Position numbers and translations under genes: made by a program
Notes under the pieces: generated by a model
The model's input: only the letters and a program-made list of their open reading frames with translations
What the model was told of the DNA's origin: nothing
Database searches by the model: none
Part shown: piece by piece, positions 6,980 to 15,027 of the stretch
How positions within the stretch are numbered: position 1 is the first letter of the stretch
Layout of the letters: the number at the start of each line of letters is the position of its first letter
Source: Candidatus Odinarchaeia archaeon
GTDB lineage: Archaea > Asgardarchaeota > Odinarchaeia > Odinarchaeales > Odinarchaeaceae
DNA: 17,049 nucleotides
Reading direction: 5' to 3'
Assembly: GCA_029856525.1 (NCBI GenBank)
Contig: JAHQXC010000024.1
Coordinates: 1 to 17,049, forward strand

Positions 6980-8482
6980 TTGGATAAAAGAATACTCGTT
7001 TTCGACACTACTTTAAGAGACGGAGAGCAAACACCAGGTGTAACACTTTCACCTGAAAAAAAGGTGGCTTTAGCTAAAAGCCTTGACGAATTCGGAGTCG
7101 ATATAATAGAAGCGGGCATGGCGGTCACCAGCAGAGGAGAGTATGAGGCTATAAGAGAAATAGCTAGACAGGGGTTAAACGCTAAAATATATGACGGATG
7201 CAGGTTAAACATTAAAGAAGTGGAGTTAGCTTTAGAACTCGACGTTAACGGTGTTCAAATCATTGTCCCAACCAGTGAACTCCACCAGCGGGTTAAACTC
7301 GGTAAAACACGGCAGCAGATAGAAGACATGCTCGTAGAGGTAATCTCATACGCTAAAGATCATGGTTTAGAGGTAGGGGTATCAGCGGAGGACGCTTCTA
7401 GAACAGAGAACAACTATTTAATAGAATTAGCTAGAAGAATAGAAGAATTGAAGGGTGATCGCTTCTGCTACTGCGACACCGTTGGAGTTTTAACACCTGA
7501 AAACGCTTATAAAAATATAAGCGAGCTGAGAAAAGAAGTAAACTTGAAAATAGGCATACACTGTCACGATGACTTCGGATTAGCGACAGCGAACACTATA
7601 GCAGCCCTCAAAGCAGGCGCCGACGAGTTTCACAGCACCATAAACGGGTTAGGTGAGAGAGCCGGGAACGCGGCTACAGAAGAGATAGTAATGGCGTTAA
7701 AACAATTATACGGAGTGGAACTAAACTTGAAATATAATAAGCTATTCACCTTATCACGGGAGATAGCGAATCTAACAGGCATCCAAGTGCAGCCGAATAA
7801 AGCAATCGTAGGAGCCAACGCGTTCACACATGAATCAGGCATTCACACAGATGGCATGATGAAGGATACGCGAATGTATGAGCCATTCGACCCTGAGATA
7901 ATAGGGCGGAAAAGAAAATATGTTATAGGAAAACACTCCGGTAAAAGCATAGTAAAAAACATGCTTAAAGAGCTTGGAATAGATTTAACCGAAGACCAAT
8001 TGTTAATACTAGTAGATAAAATTAAAACATTAGCTGAAAAAGATAAACTTGTAACAGAAGCTGACGTAGTAGCCTTAGCTTACGATATTATAGGCTCGCC
8101 GAGAAAAGAATTCGTAAAACTAGATGAGTTAACAGTAGTGACAGGGAACAAGATAACACCCTTCGCAAGCGTTCACATATATGCTAATAACCAGAAGTAT
8201 ATGGCTTCTGGAACAGGCGTGGGTCCTGTTGACGCCGCTATAAACGCTATTAAAAACGCTACCAACATGTTCACGGATATAAAACTCGAAAACTATGAGG
8301 TTAAATCTATAACAGGGGGTACAAACGCATTAGTTGATGTGGCTGTAACACTTAAAAGGGGAGAAGTGGAGAGAAAAGGAAGAGGAGTCAGCGAGGACAT
8401 CATAGCGGCGAGTGTATTCGCATACCTGTCGGCGGTTAACCAAATACTTATATTACCTGAAGAAAATGAAAAACAAAAATAA
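6980..8482 (+). CDS. cimA: (R)-citramalate synthase CimA (archaeal LeuA/CimA family; 2-isopropylmalate synthase not fully excluded)
   Basis: DRE-TIM motifs DTTLRDGEQTPG, HCHDDFG and GLGERAGNA plus the C-terminal regulatory domain. IVPTS, CDTVGVLTP and KLDELTVVTGNKITP match methanogen CimA better than LeuA (IATS, PDTVG). TTG start with SD. Confidence 0.75.
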   Translation: MDKRILVFDTTLRDGEQTPGVTLSPEKKVALAKSLDEFGVDIIEAGMAVTSRGEYEAIREIARQGLNAKIYDGCRLNIKEVELALELDVNGVQIIVPTSELHQRVKLGKTRQQIEDMLVEVISYAKDHGLEVGVSAEDASRTENNYLIELARRIEELKGDRFCYCDTVGVLTPENAYKNISELRKEVNLKIGIHCHDDFGLATANTIAALKAGADEFHSTINGLGERAGNAATEEIVMALKQLYGVELNLKYNKLFTLSREIANLTGIQVQPNKAIVGANAFTHESGIHTDGMMKDTRMYEPFDPEIIGRKRKYVIGKHSGKSIVKNMLKELGIDLTEDQLLILVDKIKTLAEKDKLVTEADVVALAYDIIGSPRKEFVKLDELTVVTGNKITPFASVHIYANNQKYMASGTGVGPVDAAINAIKNATNMFTDIKLENYEVKSITGGTNALVDVAVTLKRGEVERKGRGVSEDIIAASVFAYLSAVNQILILPEENEKQK

Positions 8483-8543
8483 TATAATATTCAACTTTAA
8501 AGATTCGCGGAAGGCTTGAAAACTATTCTATAAGGTGATTTTA

Positions 8544-9362
8544 ATGAATATAGGTTTACTAGGCTGCGGCGCGATTGGTGAACTAATAGTAGAAGCACAA
8601 GTAGAAGGAATACTAGAAGACATCGATATTATAATAGTTTACGATCAAGATCGTGGAAGAGCTGAGAAATGCGCTAGCAAAATGCCTAAACCACCAAAAA
8701 TAGCTGAGAACATTAATGAACTTATCGAAAACAAGGACATCCAGCTTATAGTTGAAGCAGCCTCCCAGAAAGCTGTCAGAGATTACGCTTTAAAAATCCT
8801 TGAAAATGATAAAAACCTTATGATTATGAGCGTTGGAGCTCTTGTAGATAAAGAATTTTATAATCTACTCGTTCAAACCGCTAAAAAAAGAAACCGGAAA
8901 ATATATATTCCATCCGGTGCCATAGCTGGTGTGGACGCTATTAAAGCAGCCTCGTTAGGTAAAATCCATGAAGTGGAATTAATAACCCGTAAACCGCCGA
9001 GCAGATTTATAAGCGATAAGCTCCCAGGCGGGATTAAAATAAACCAGGATATGAAGGAGCCTACAGTAATATTTAAAGGAGATGCGAAAACAGCCCAAGA
9101 CTTTTTCCCGCGGAGTATAAATGTAGCTGCAACGTTAAGCCTAGCGAGTATAGGCCCGGAGCTTACGAAAGTTACAATAATCGCTGATCCAACTATAGAA
9201 GAGAATATCCATGAGATAAATGTTAAAGGAGAGTTCGGCACACTAAGAACATATGTGAAAAATCTTCCATCAATTAAAAACCCTAAAACCAGTTATCTAG
9301 CAGCTTTATCAGCGATAAAAACTCTTAAAAAAATATCCGAGCATATTGAAATAGGAACGTGA
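8544..9362 (+). CDS. nadX: L-aspartate dehydrogenase NadX
   Basis: Rossmann GCGAIG, EAASQ, SGAIAGVD, FPRSINVAATLSLA, NIHEI and NPKTSYLAALS; directly upstream of nadA-nadC. Start moved to ATG 8544 because the track's GTG 8535 lies in the SD AAGGTGAT. Confidence 0.9.
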   Translation: MNIGLLGCGAIGELIVEAQVEGILEDIDIIIVYDQDRGRAEKCASKMPKPPKIAENINELIENKDIQLIVEAASQKAVRDYALKILENDKNLMIMSVGALVDKEFYNLLVQTAKKRNRKIYIPSGAIAGVDAIKAASLGKIHEVELITRKPPSRFISDKLPGGIKINQDMKEPTVIFKGDAKTAQDFFPRSINVAATLSLASIGPELTKVTIIADPTIEENIHEINVKGEFGTLRTYVKNLPSIKNPKTSYLAALSAIKTLKKISEHIEIGT

Positions 9363-9479
9363 ACTATCAATCTTACAGCCTAAGCTAGGATAATCAACTT
9401 CGGTTCAAGAGTATTATGAAAAAAATTATAGTGAATAAACTGTTAAATCTATTAGGTTAAATTGCGGAGAGGATGAATC

Positions 9480-10400
9480 TTGCTTTCAACACTGCAAAAG
9501 GAGATTTTGAATCTTAAAAAAAGTGAAAACGCGGTTCTATTAGTTCATAATTATCAGACGATGGATATACAAGAAATAGCCGACTACATAGGCGACTCAT
9601 ATGAGCTATCCGTGAAAGCATCTCAGATCAAAGACGTCGATTACATAGTATTCTGCGGAGTAGACTTCATGGCGGAAACAGCTTCAATCCTAAACCCTGA
9701 TAAAAAAGTTTTAATCCCGGATAGAAACGCTAAATGCCCTATGGCTGCGATGCTGCCTGCGAGTTTAATCAGAGAAGCCAGATTAAAACACCCGAACGCT
9801 GAAGTCATGGTTTACGTTAACACATGGGCTGAAACTAAAGCTGAAGCAGATGTAACATGCACGTCTTCAAACGCGGTGAAAATAGCTGAAAAACTTGAAT
9901 CTGAAACAATACTATTCGGACCTGATAAAAACCTTGCTTTATATGTTCAAAGCCGACTCCCGAATAAAAAAATAATACCTATACCAGAGTACGGGCATTG
10001 CTACGTTCACAGCCAGTTCACCTATGAACCTATAAAAATGAAAATAGAGCACCCGGATGCTATTCTCATGGCTCACCCTGAGTGCTCGCCTGAAGTTTTA
10101 AAAAGAGCTGATTTCATTGGAAGTACAAGTCAAATGTATAATTACGCTAAGACATCACCTCATAAAAAATTCATAGTTACAACGGAGATAGGGTTGATAC
10201 AGAGAATGCAAAGAGAGATACCGGATAAAACATTTATAATGGCTAAACCGGACGCTGTATGCACGCAGATGAAGATGCATACACTTGAAAAAATTAAAGA
10301 AGTACTAGTTAACAAAGATAAAATTGTTAAAGTGAAGAGTGAAATAGCTGAAAAAGCTCGGAAAGCTATACTTAGAATGGTGGAGCTTACAAATGGTTGA
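9480..10400 (+). CDS. nadA: Quinolinate synthase NadA
   Basis: VHNYQ, FCGVDFMAETA, CPMA, YVNT, CTSSN, GHCYVH, AHPEC, GSTS, TEIG and CTQMK, including the three cluster cysteines. TTG start after GGAGAGGATGA. Confidence 0.95.
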   Translation: MLSTLQKEILNLKKSENAVLLVHNYQTMDIQEIADYIGDSYELSVKASQIKDVDYIVFCGVDFMAETASILNPDKKVLIPDRNAKCPMAAMLPASLIREARLKHPNAEVMVYVNTWAETKAEADVTCTSSNAVKIAEKLESETILFGPDKNLALYVQSRLPNKKIIPIPEYGHCYVHSQFTYEPIKMKIEHPDAILMAHPECSPEVLKRADFIGSTSQMYNYAKTSPHKKFIVTTEIGLIQRMQREIPDKTFIMAKPDAVCTQMKMHTLEKIKEVLVNKDKIVKVKSEIAEKARKAILRMVELTNG

Positions 10401-11253
10401 AAACATTCAATGGGTTAAACAAAAAGTATTAGCCGCTCTTCTAGAAGATGTAGGATACGGTGATATAACAACTGAGATAATAATACCGGGGGATAAAAAC
10501 GGTGAAGCAGCTATAATAGCTGAGGAGAAAGGTGTTTTAGCCGGTTTACAGGAAGTTAAACTACTCTTCAACGAGTTTAATATAAATATAACAGCTGAGT
10601 TAAAAGACGGGGACAGCATAACTGAACCGGGTTTAAAAATAGCAGAGATTAAAGGCCCTTTAAAAGGGATTCTCACATGTGAGCGAACCGCGCTGAATTT
10701 TTTAATGAGAATGAGCGGTGTTGCAACTCTAACTAATCGAATCGTATTAAAAGCTAAGAAAGTGAACCCGAATATTCGAGTAGCTGCAACCCGTAAAACA
10801 CTGCCTTTACTAGGCTACTTTGATAAAAGAGCAGTCCAGTTAGGGGGAGGGGACACACACCGGTTAAGATTAGACGACTGTATATTAATAAAGGATAATC
10901 ATATAAAAGCTGTAGGGGGGATAGAGGAGATTCTTAGAAAGGTTAGAGGACAAGTGAGTTTCACTAAGAAAATCGAGATAGAAGTGGAAAACGAGGAGGA
11001 CGCGGTTAAAGCGGCTAAAAACGGAGCTGACATAATAATGCTAGATAATATGAAACCGGGCAATATAATATCAACTATTAGAAGACTTGAAGAAAACAAG
11101 CTGAGAGACAGAGTCATATTAGAAGCCTCAGGAGGTATAAATGAAGAGAATATAGTCGAATACGCGAAAACCGGAGTAGATGTAGTATCATTAGGTTATA
11201 TAACTCATTCAGCTAAAGCTTTAAACTTTAAAATAGAACTTGAGAGAATTTAA
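10393..11253 (+). CDS. nadC: Nicotinate-nucleotide pyrophosphorylase (quinolinate phosphoribosyltransferase) NadC
   Basis: EDVGYGDIT, ERTALNFL..MSGVAT, ATRKT, GGGDTHRLRLDDCILIKDNH, IEIEVE, DIIMLDNM, EASGGI and GVDVVSLG. 8-nt overlap with nadA. Confidence 0.95.
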   Translation: MVENIQWVKQKVLAALLEDVGYGDITTEIIIPGDKNGEAAIIAEEKGVLAGLQEVKLLFNEFNINITAELKDGDSITEPGLKIAEIKGPLKGILTCERTALNFLMRMSGVATLTNRIVLKAKKVNPNIRVAATRKTLPLLGYFDKRAVQLGGGDTHRLRLDDCILIKDNHIKAVGGIEEILRKVRGQVSFTKKIEIEVENEEDAVKAAKNGADIIMLDNMKPGNIISTIRRLEENKLRDRVILEASGGINEENIVEYAKTGVDVVSLGYITHSAKALNFKIELERI

Positions 11254-11302
11254 AATATCTAAAAAGTTTTAGTTAGCAGATTATTTATAAAAAACATAAC
11301 TG

Positions 11303-11310
11303 TTATAAAT
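11303..11310 (+). promoter_or_regulatory. Putative TATA box of the por operon
   Basis: TTATAAAT about 45-50 nt upstream of the ATG at 11356; strong SD GGAGGAG just before the start. Confidence 0.45.
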
Positions 11311-11355
11311 CACTTGTAATAACGTTTAATCGGCGGAGTCTTAGGAGGAGTCTTA

Positions 11356-11919
11356 ATGAATAAGATTATTGAGATAAGATTTCACGGTCGAGGCGGTCAG
11401 GGCGCTTGGACTGCAACCCAGCTTCTAGCTATGTCAGCTTTAGAAGAGGGAAAATACGCTCAATCATTCCCTTCATTTGGACCTGAAAGAGCCGGCGCTC
11501 CTATGATGGCTTTCGTCAGAATCTCAAATCAGCCTATTAAACTGCACTCGGATATTTACAACCCTCACAGCGTAGTCGTATTAGATCCTACACTTCTATC
11601 CGCGGTTAACGTTTTAGATGGAATGCAATCTAACGGTAAACTAGTAGTTAACTCTCATGAGTCCCCTTCCACCCTTAAAAATAAGCTTAATTTAAAAGAT
11701 CAGCAGGAGTTATGGGTTGTTCCAGCCTCAGATATAGCTATAGAAATACTAGGCAGAGACATAACCAGCACGGCGATGATCGGTGCACTAGTGAAGGCTA
11801 CAGGGTATGTTAGCTTAGACAGTGTACTCAAACAAGTCCAGAAACGTTTCTCAGGAGCGATAGCGGAGAAAAATATTATTTTAATAAAAAGATCATACGA
11901 GGAGGCTAAAAAAGCATGA
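11356..11919 (+). CDS. porG: Pyruvate/2-oxoacid:ferredoxin oxidoreductase gamma subunit
   Basis: EIRFHGRGGQGAWTA, AQSFPSFGPERAGAP, VVVLDPTL and NS motifs; first of four contiguous POR genes. Confidence 0.92.
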   Translation: MNKIIEIRFHGRGGQGAWTATQLLAMSALEEGKYAQSFPSFGPERAGAPMMAFVRISNQPIKLHSDIYNPHSVVVLDPTLLSAVNVLDGMQSNGKLVVNSHESPSTLKNKLNLKDQQELWVVPASDIAIEILGRDITSTAMIGALVKATGYVSLDSVLKQVQKRFSGAIAEKNIILIKRSYEEAKKA

Positions 11920-12197
11920 GCGAGGAGAAATCTTGGCGGGAAATCCCACTAGGCGGTTTAACCTGGCTTCACAGCTCAGAGTATAAAACAGGTGAGTGGA
12001 GATCGTTTAGACCTGTAGTCGACCATAATAAATGTACACGGTGCATGCAATGCGTTATATACTGTCCGGATATCGCGATTAAATATAAACCTGACGTTAA
12101 CATGATTGAAATAAACTTTGATTATTGTAAGGGATGCGGTGTATGCGCGGAAGAATGCCCTGTCCACGCTATAACAATGGTTAAGGAGAAAGAATAG
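11916..12197 (+). CDS. porD: Pyruvate/2-oxoacid:ferredoxin oxidoreductase delta subunit
   Basis: KTGEWRSFRPVVD, CTRCMQCVIYCP and YCKGCGVCAEECP. ATGA overlap with gamma. Confidence 0.92.
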   Translation: MSEEKSWREIPLGGLTWLHSSEYKTGEWRSFRPVVDHNKCTRCMQCVIYCPDIAIKYKPDVNMIEINFDYCKGCGVCAEECPVHAITMVKEKE

Positions 12198-12202
12198 GGG
12201 GG

Positions 12203-13513
12203 ATGGTGATGTCTAAGATTGTGAAACAAGAAATGATGGGTATGAACGGTGATACAGCTTGCGCTTACGCTGTTAAACAGTGTAATCCTGAAGTGGTTGC
12301 CGCATATCCGATCACACCTCAAACAATTATCGTCGAAGTATTCTCAGAGTATGTCGCCAACGGCGAGGTTACCACCGAGTTTATACCTGTTGAATCAGAG
12401 CACAGCGCGATGTCAACCTCTATAGGAGCGGCTGCAGCTGGAGCTAGAGCGTACACGGCTAGCGCATCTCAGGGATTAGCTTTAATGTATGAAATGTTGT
12501 ATATAGCTTCAGGTTTAAGGCTGCCAATAGTGATGACATGTGTGAATAGAGCGTTAAGCGCGCCTATAAACATTCACGGTGATCACTCGGATGCTATGGG
12601 TGCAAGAGACAGCGGTTGGATACAATTATATTGCGAGAACAGTCAGGAAGCTTATGATACGGTGATTCAGGCCTGGCGTATAGCAGAGCATAAAGATGTT
12701 CTTCTACCTGTTATGGTTAACATAGACGGGTTTATACTAAGCCATACGCTTGAAAATGTAGCTGTGCTTCCAGACGATGCTGTTAAAAAATTTATAGGGG
12801 AGAAAAAGATCCCGGTTGTTAAAAAACCGAGCGGTGAACTAACACCATATGTTTTACACCCTGACTATCCTGTTTCAATGGGGGCTATAGACTTACAGGA
12901 TTATTATTTCGAACATAAAAGACAGCAAGCTGAAGCTATGAAGAACGCTCTAAAAGTCATTAAAGAAGTCGGTGAAGAGTACGGTGAGCTTACAGGTAGA
13001 AGATACGGTTTAATAGACGCTTACATGATGGATGACGCGGAAATAGCGATAATAGTTATGGGTTCAACAGCGGGCACAGCTAAGTATGCCGCTGACTTAA
13101 TGAGGGAGAAAGGGGTTAAAGCGGGTGTTCTAAGAGTCAGATCTTTCAGACCGTTCCCGAGAGATGACATCGTGAAAACGCTTTCAAAAGTTAAAGCCTG
13201 CGCTGTTCTCGATAGAAGTATAAGCTTCGGCTCCTACGGGGGACCGTTATTCACTGAGATAAGATCTTCATTCTGCTATGAATGCGAGAAGCCTATTATA
13301 ATAAACTACTATTATGGGCTTGGAGGAAGAGACACACCCCCGAATCTTTTAGAGAATGTTTTCAGCGAGCTTAAAAGAATTGTTGAAACAGGTAAAATCG
13401 GCGAGGAGATAAGATATCTAGGGCTTAGAGAGGATAGTATTGACTCTGTTAATTATAAAGCGGAGCTTATCAGCTTTAAAGATTTAAACACTGGAAATAT
13501 TGGAGGGAAATAA
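12203..13513 (+). CDS. porA: Pyruvate/2-oxoacid:ferredoxin oxidoreductase alpha subunit (start may be 12209)
   Basis: AAYPITPQT, VESEHSAMS, TASASQGLALMYE, VNRALSAPINIHGDHSD, VRSFRPFP and GLGGRD. POR versus VOR specificity is not resolvable by eye. Confidence 0.92.
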   Translation: MVMSKIVKQEMMGMNGDTACAYAVKQCNPEVVAAYPITPQTIIVEVFSEYVANGEVTTEFIPVESEHSAMSTSIGAAAAGARAYTASASQGLALMYEMLYIASGLRLPIVMTCVNRALSAPINIHGDHSDAMGARDSGWIQLYCENSQEAYDTVIQAWRIAEHKDVLLPVMVNIDGFILSHTLENVAVLPDDAVKKFIGEKKIPVVKKPSGELTPYVLHPDYPVSMGAIDLQDYYFEHKRQQAEAMKNALKVIKEVGEEYGELTGRRYGLIDAYMMDDAEIAIIVMGSTAGTAKYAADLMREKGVKAGVLRVRSFRPFPRDDIVKTLSKVKACAVLDRSISFGSYGGPLFTEIRSSFCYECEKPIIINYYYGLGGRDTPPNLLENVFSELKRIVETGKIGEEIRYLGLREDSIDSVNYKAELISFKDLNTGNIGGK

Positions 13514-13514
13514 G

Positions 13515-14483
13515 ATGTCTGTTGTTAAACCTAAAGATTTAGCGCTCACAGAGGAGCGGTTGGCTCCAGGTCACAGATTATGCCCTGGCTGCGGTGAACC
13601 GACCACTGTTAAATTAGTTTTAAAAGCGAGTGATGACCCTGTTATAGTTTGCAGTGCGACTGGTTGCTTAGAGGTTTCAACCTCAATATACCCGTATACT
13701 TCATGGAATGTACCCTGGATACATAGCGCTTTCGAAAATGCAGCGGCTACAGCTGCAGGCGTAGAAGCCGCTATAAAAGCTTTGAAAAGAAACGGTGTAT
13801 ACAAGTATGATAAAGTAAATGTTCTAGCGGTTGCAGGGGATGGGGGAACCTATGATATCGGTTTTCAAGCGCTTTCAGGAGCTTTTGAAAGATATCATAG
13901 AATAGTATACTTGCTGCTAGATAATGAAGCTTATATGAATACCGGTATCCAAAGAAGCGGCGGCACGCCTAGCTATGCTTCAACGACTACAAGCCCTGAT
14001 GGCAAGGTGATACCCGGTAAATTGCAGACTAAAAAACAGATCAGCCGTATAATGGTTGAACATGAACCCGCTTATGTAGCAACTATTTCAGCTGCTTTCT
14101 GGCAGGATTTAATACAGAAATCTAAGAAGGCTTTCGCGGCGGATGGACCCGCCTTCCTTCATTCAATCACTCCATGCCCGCGTGGATGGAGGCATGCGGA
14201 TAATCTTACAATAGAATTGTGTAGACTCGCAGTTCAAACATGCATATTCCCGTTATGGGAGGCTGAAAAAATCGATGGCAAAATGGTTTACAAGTTATCC
14301 GCACCCAGCAAGCAGATAGCTAAAAACCCTGATAAAAAGAAACCTGTAGTCGAGTATCTTAAGCTTCAAGGAAGATACAGACATTTATTTAAACCAGAGG
14401 AGAAAACGGAGCTCATCAATCAGATACAAGAGTGGGTTGACACTGAATGGGATATTATATTAGAGCGGTGCGGTGAAAAATAA
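13515..14483 (+). CDS. porB: Pyruvate/2-oxoacid:ferredoxin oxidoreductase beta subunit
   Basis: GHRLCPGCG, TGCLEV, FENAAATAAG, the TPP motif GDGGTYDIGFQALSG...DNEAYMNTGIQRS, and PCPRGW. Start moved to ATG 13515 (SD GGAGGG at 13502-13507). Confidence 0.92.
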   Translation: MSVVKPKDLALTEERLAPGHRLCPGCGEPTTVKLVLKASDDPVIVCSATGCLEVSTSIYPYTSWNVPWIHSAFENAAATAAGVEAAIKALKRNGVYKYDKVNVLAVAGDGGTYDIGFQALSGAFERYHRIVYLLLDNEAYMNTGIQRSGGTPSYASTTTSPDGKVIPGKLQTKKQISRIMVEHEPAYVATISAAFWQDLIQKSKKAFAADGPAFLHSITPCPRGWRHADNLTIELCRLAVQTCIFPLWEAEKIDGKMVYKLSAPSKQIAKNPDKKKPVVEYLKLQGRYRHLFKPEEKTELINQIQEWVDTEWDIILERCGEK

Positions 14484-14486
14484 TCG

Positions 14487-15011
14487 TTAACAGTGTTGAG
14501 AGATTAGAGAAGCAGCGATTTCTATAAAAACCCTTTCTATATTAAACCCGGTCTTAGAGGAGACCGGGATAAATTCTTTTAACCCGTATTTTTTAACTAA
14601 TTCGATTATCTGATCTGAATAGGGGTTATCGTTTATTAAATCAGATTTAGAACCGACTAAGATTATCGGTATCTCACGAGTATTCTGTTTGACGAGCTCA
14701 ATCCATTCAGGTAAAGCTAGAAAAGTCGAGAACCTGCTTTGATCGAATACTATGATAGCCCCCTGAGCGCCTTTACAGAAAGATGGTAGAAGAGTTCTAA
14801 AACGATCCTCTCCTCCTAAATCCCAGATCTGCATTTTAACAGTTACACCGTTTAAGTTTACAGTCGCTATTGCGAAGGAGACGCCTATAGTGGTTTTACT
14901 GTTAGTGAACTGGCCTGTTACATATCTTTTTATAAGCGTAGTCTTTCCGACACCACCCTCGCCGACAACTATGATCTTGTAGAGTCGTTGATAGCTGCTC
15001 ATCTTCGTCAC
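14487..15011 (-). CDS. Rab-like small GTPase (Ras superfamily); alternative start ATG 15002
   Basis: G1 GEGGVGKT, G2 TTIGV, G3 WDLGG, G4 SKSD, G5 SSK. RabF-like segments IGVSF, KMQIW, RFRTLL, FCKGA and IVFDQS. Confidence 0.92.
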   Translation of the reverse strand: MTKMSSYQRLYKIIVVGEGGVGKTTLIKRYVTGQFTNSKTTIGVSFAIATVNLNGVTVKMQIWDLGGEDRFRTLLPSFCKGAQGAIIVFDQSRFSTFLALPEWIELVKQNTREIPIILVGSKSDLINDNPYSDQIIELVKKYGLKEFIPVSSKTGFNIERVFIEIAASLISQHC

Positions 15012-15027
15012 TGATTAAGTAGTATAA

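Noticed and set aside
6964-6987. Out-of-frame ATG with its own SD (MRDYFIG*) overlapping the cimA TTG, suggesting an attenuator or frameshift; similar out-of-frame ATGs at 9473 (nadA) and 16867 (161-aa gene)
   Set aside because: These ATGs are parts of SD-like sequences (ATGAGG, GGATGA, GGTGTATGA), the peptides have no Leu/Ile-run signature, and the assigned starts have adequate SDs. A 1-nt assembly error at cimA cannot be excluded without reads.
6901-13804. Minus-strand ORFs 6901-7212, 7630-7842, 8873-9241, 10407-10676, 10899-11117, 11976-12167, 12122-12322 and 13571-13804
   Set aside because: Antisense to cimA, nad and por genes with strong motif support.
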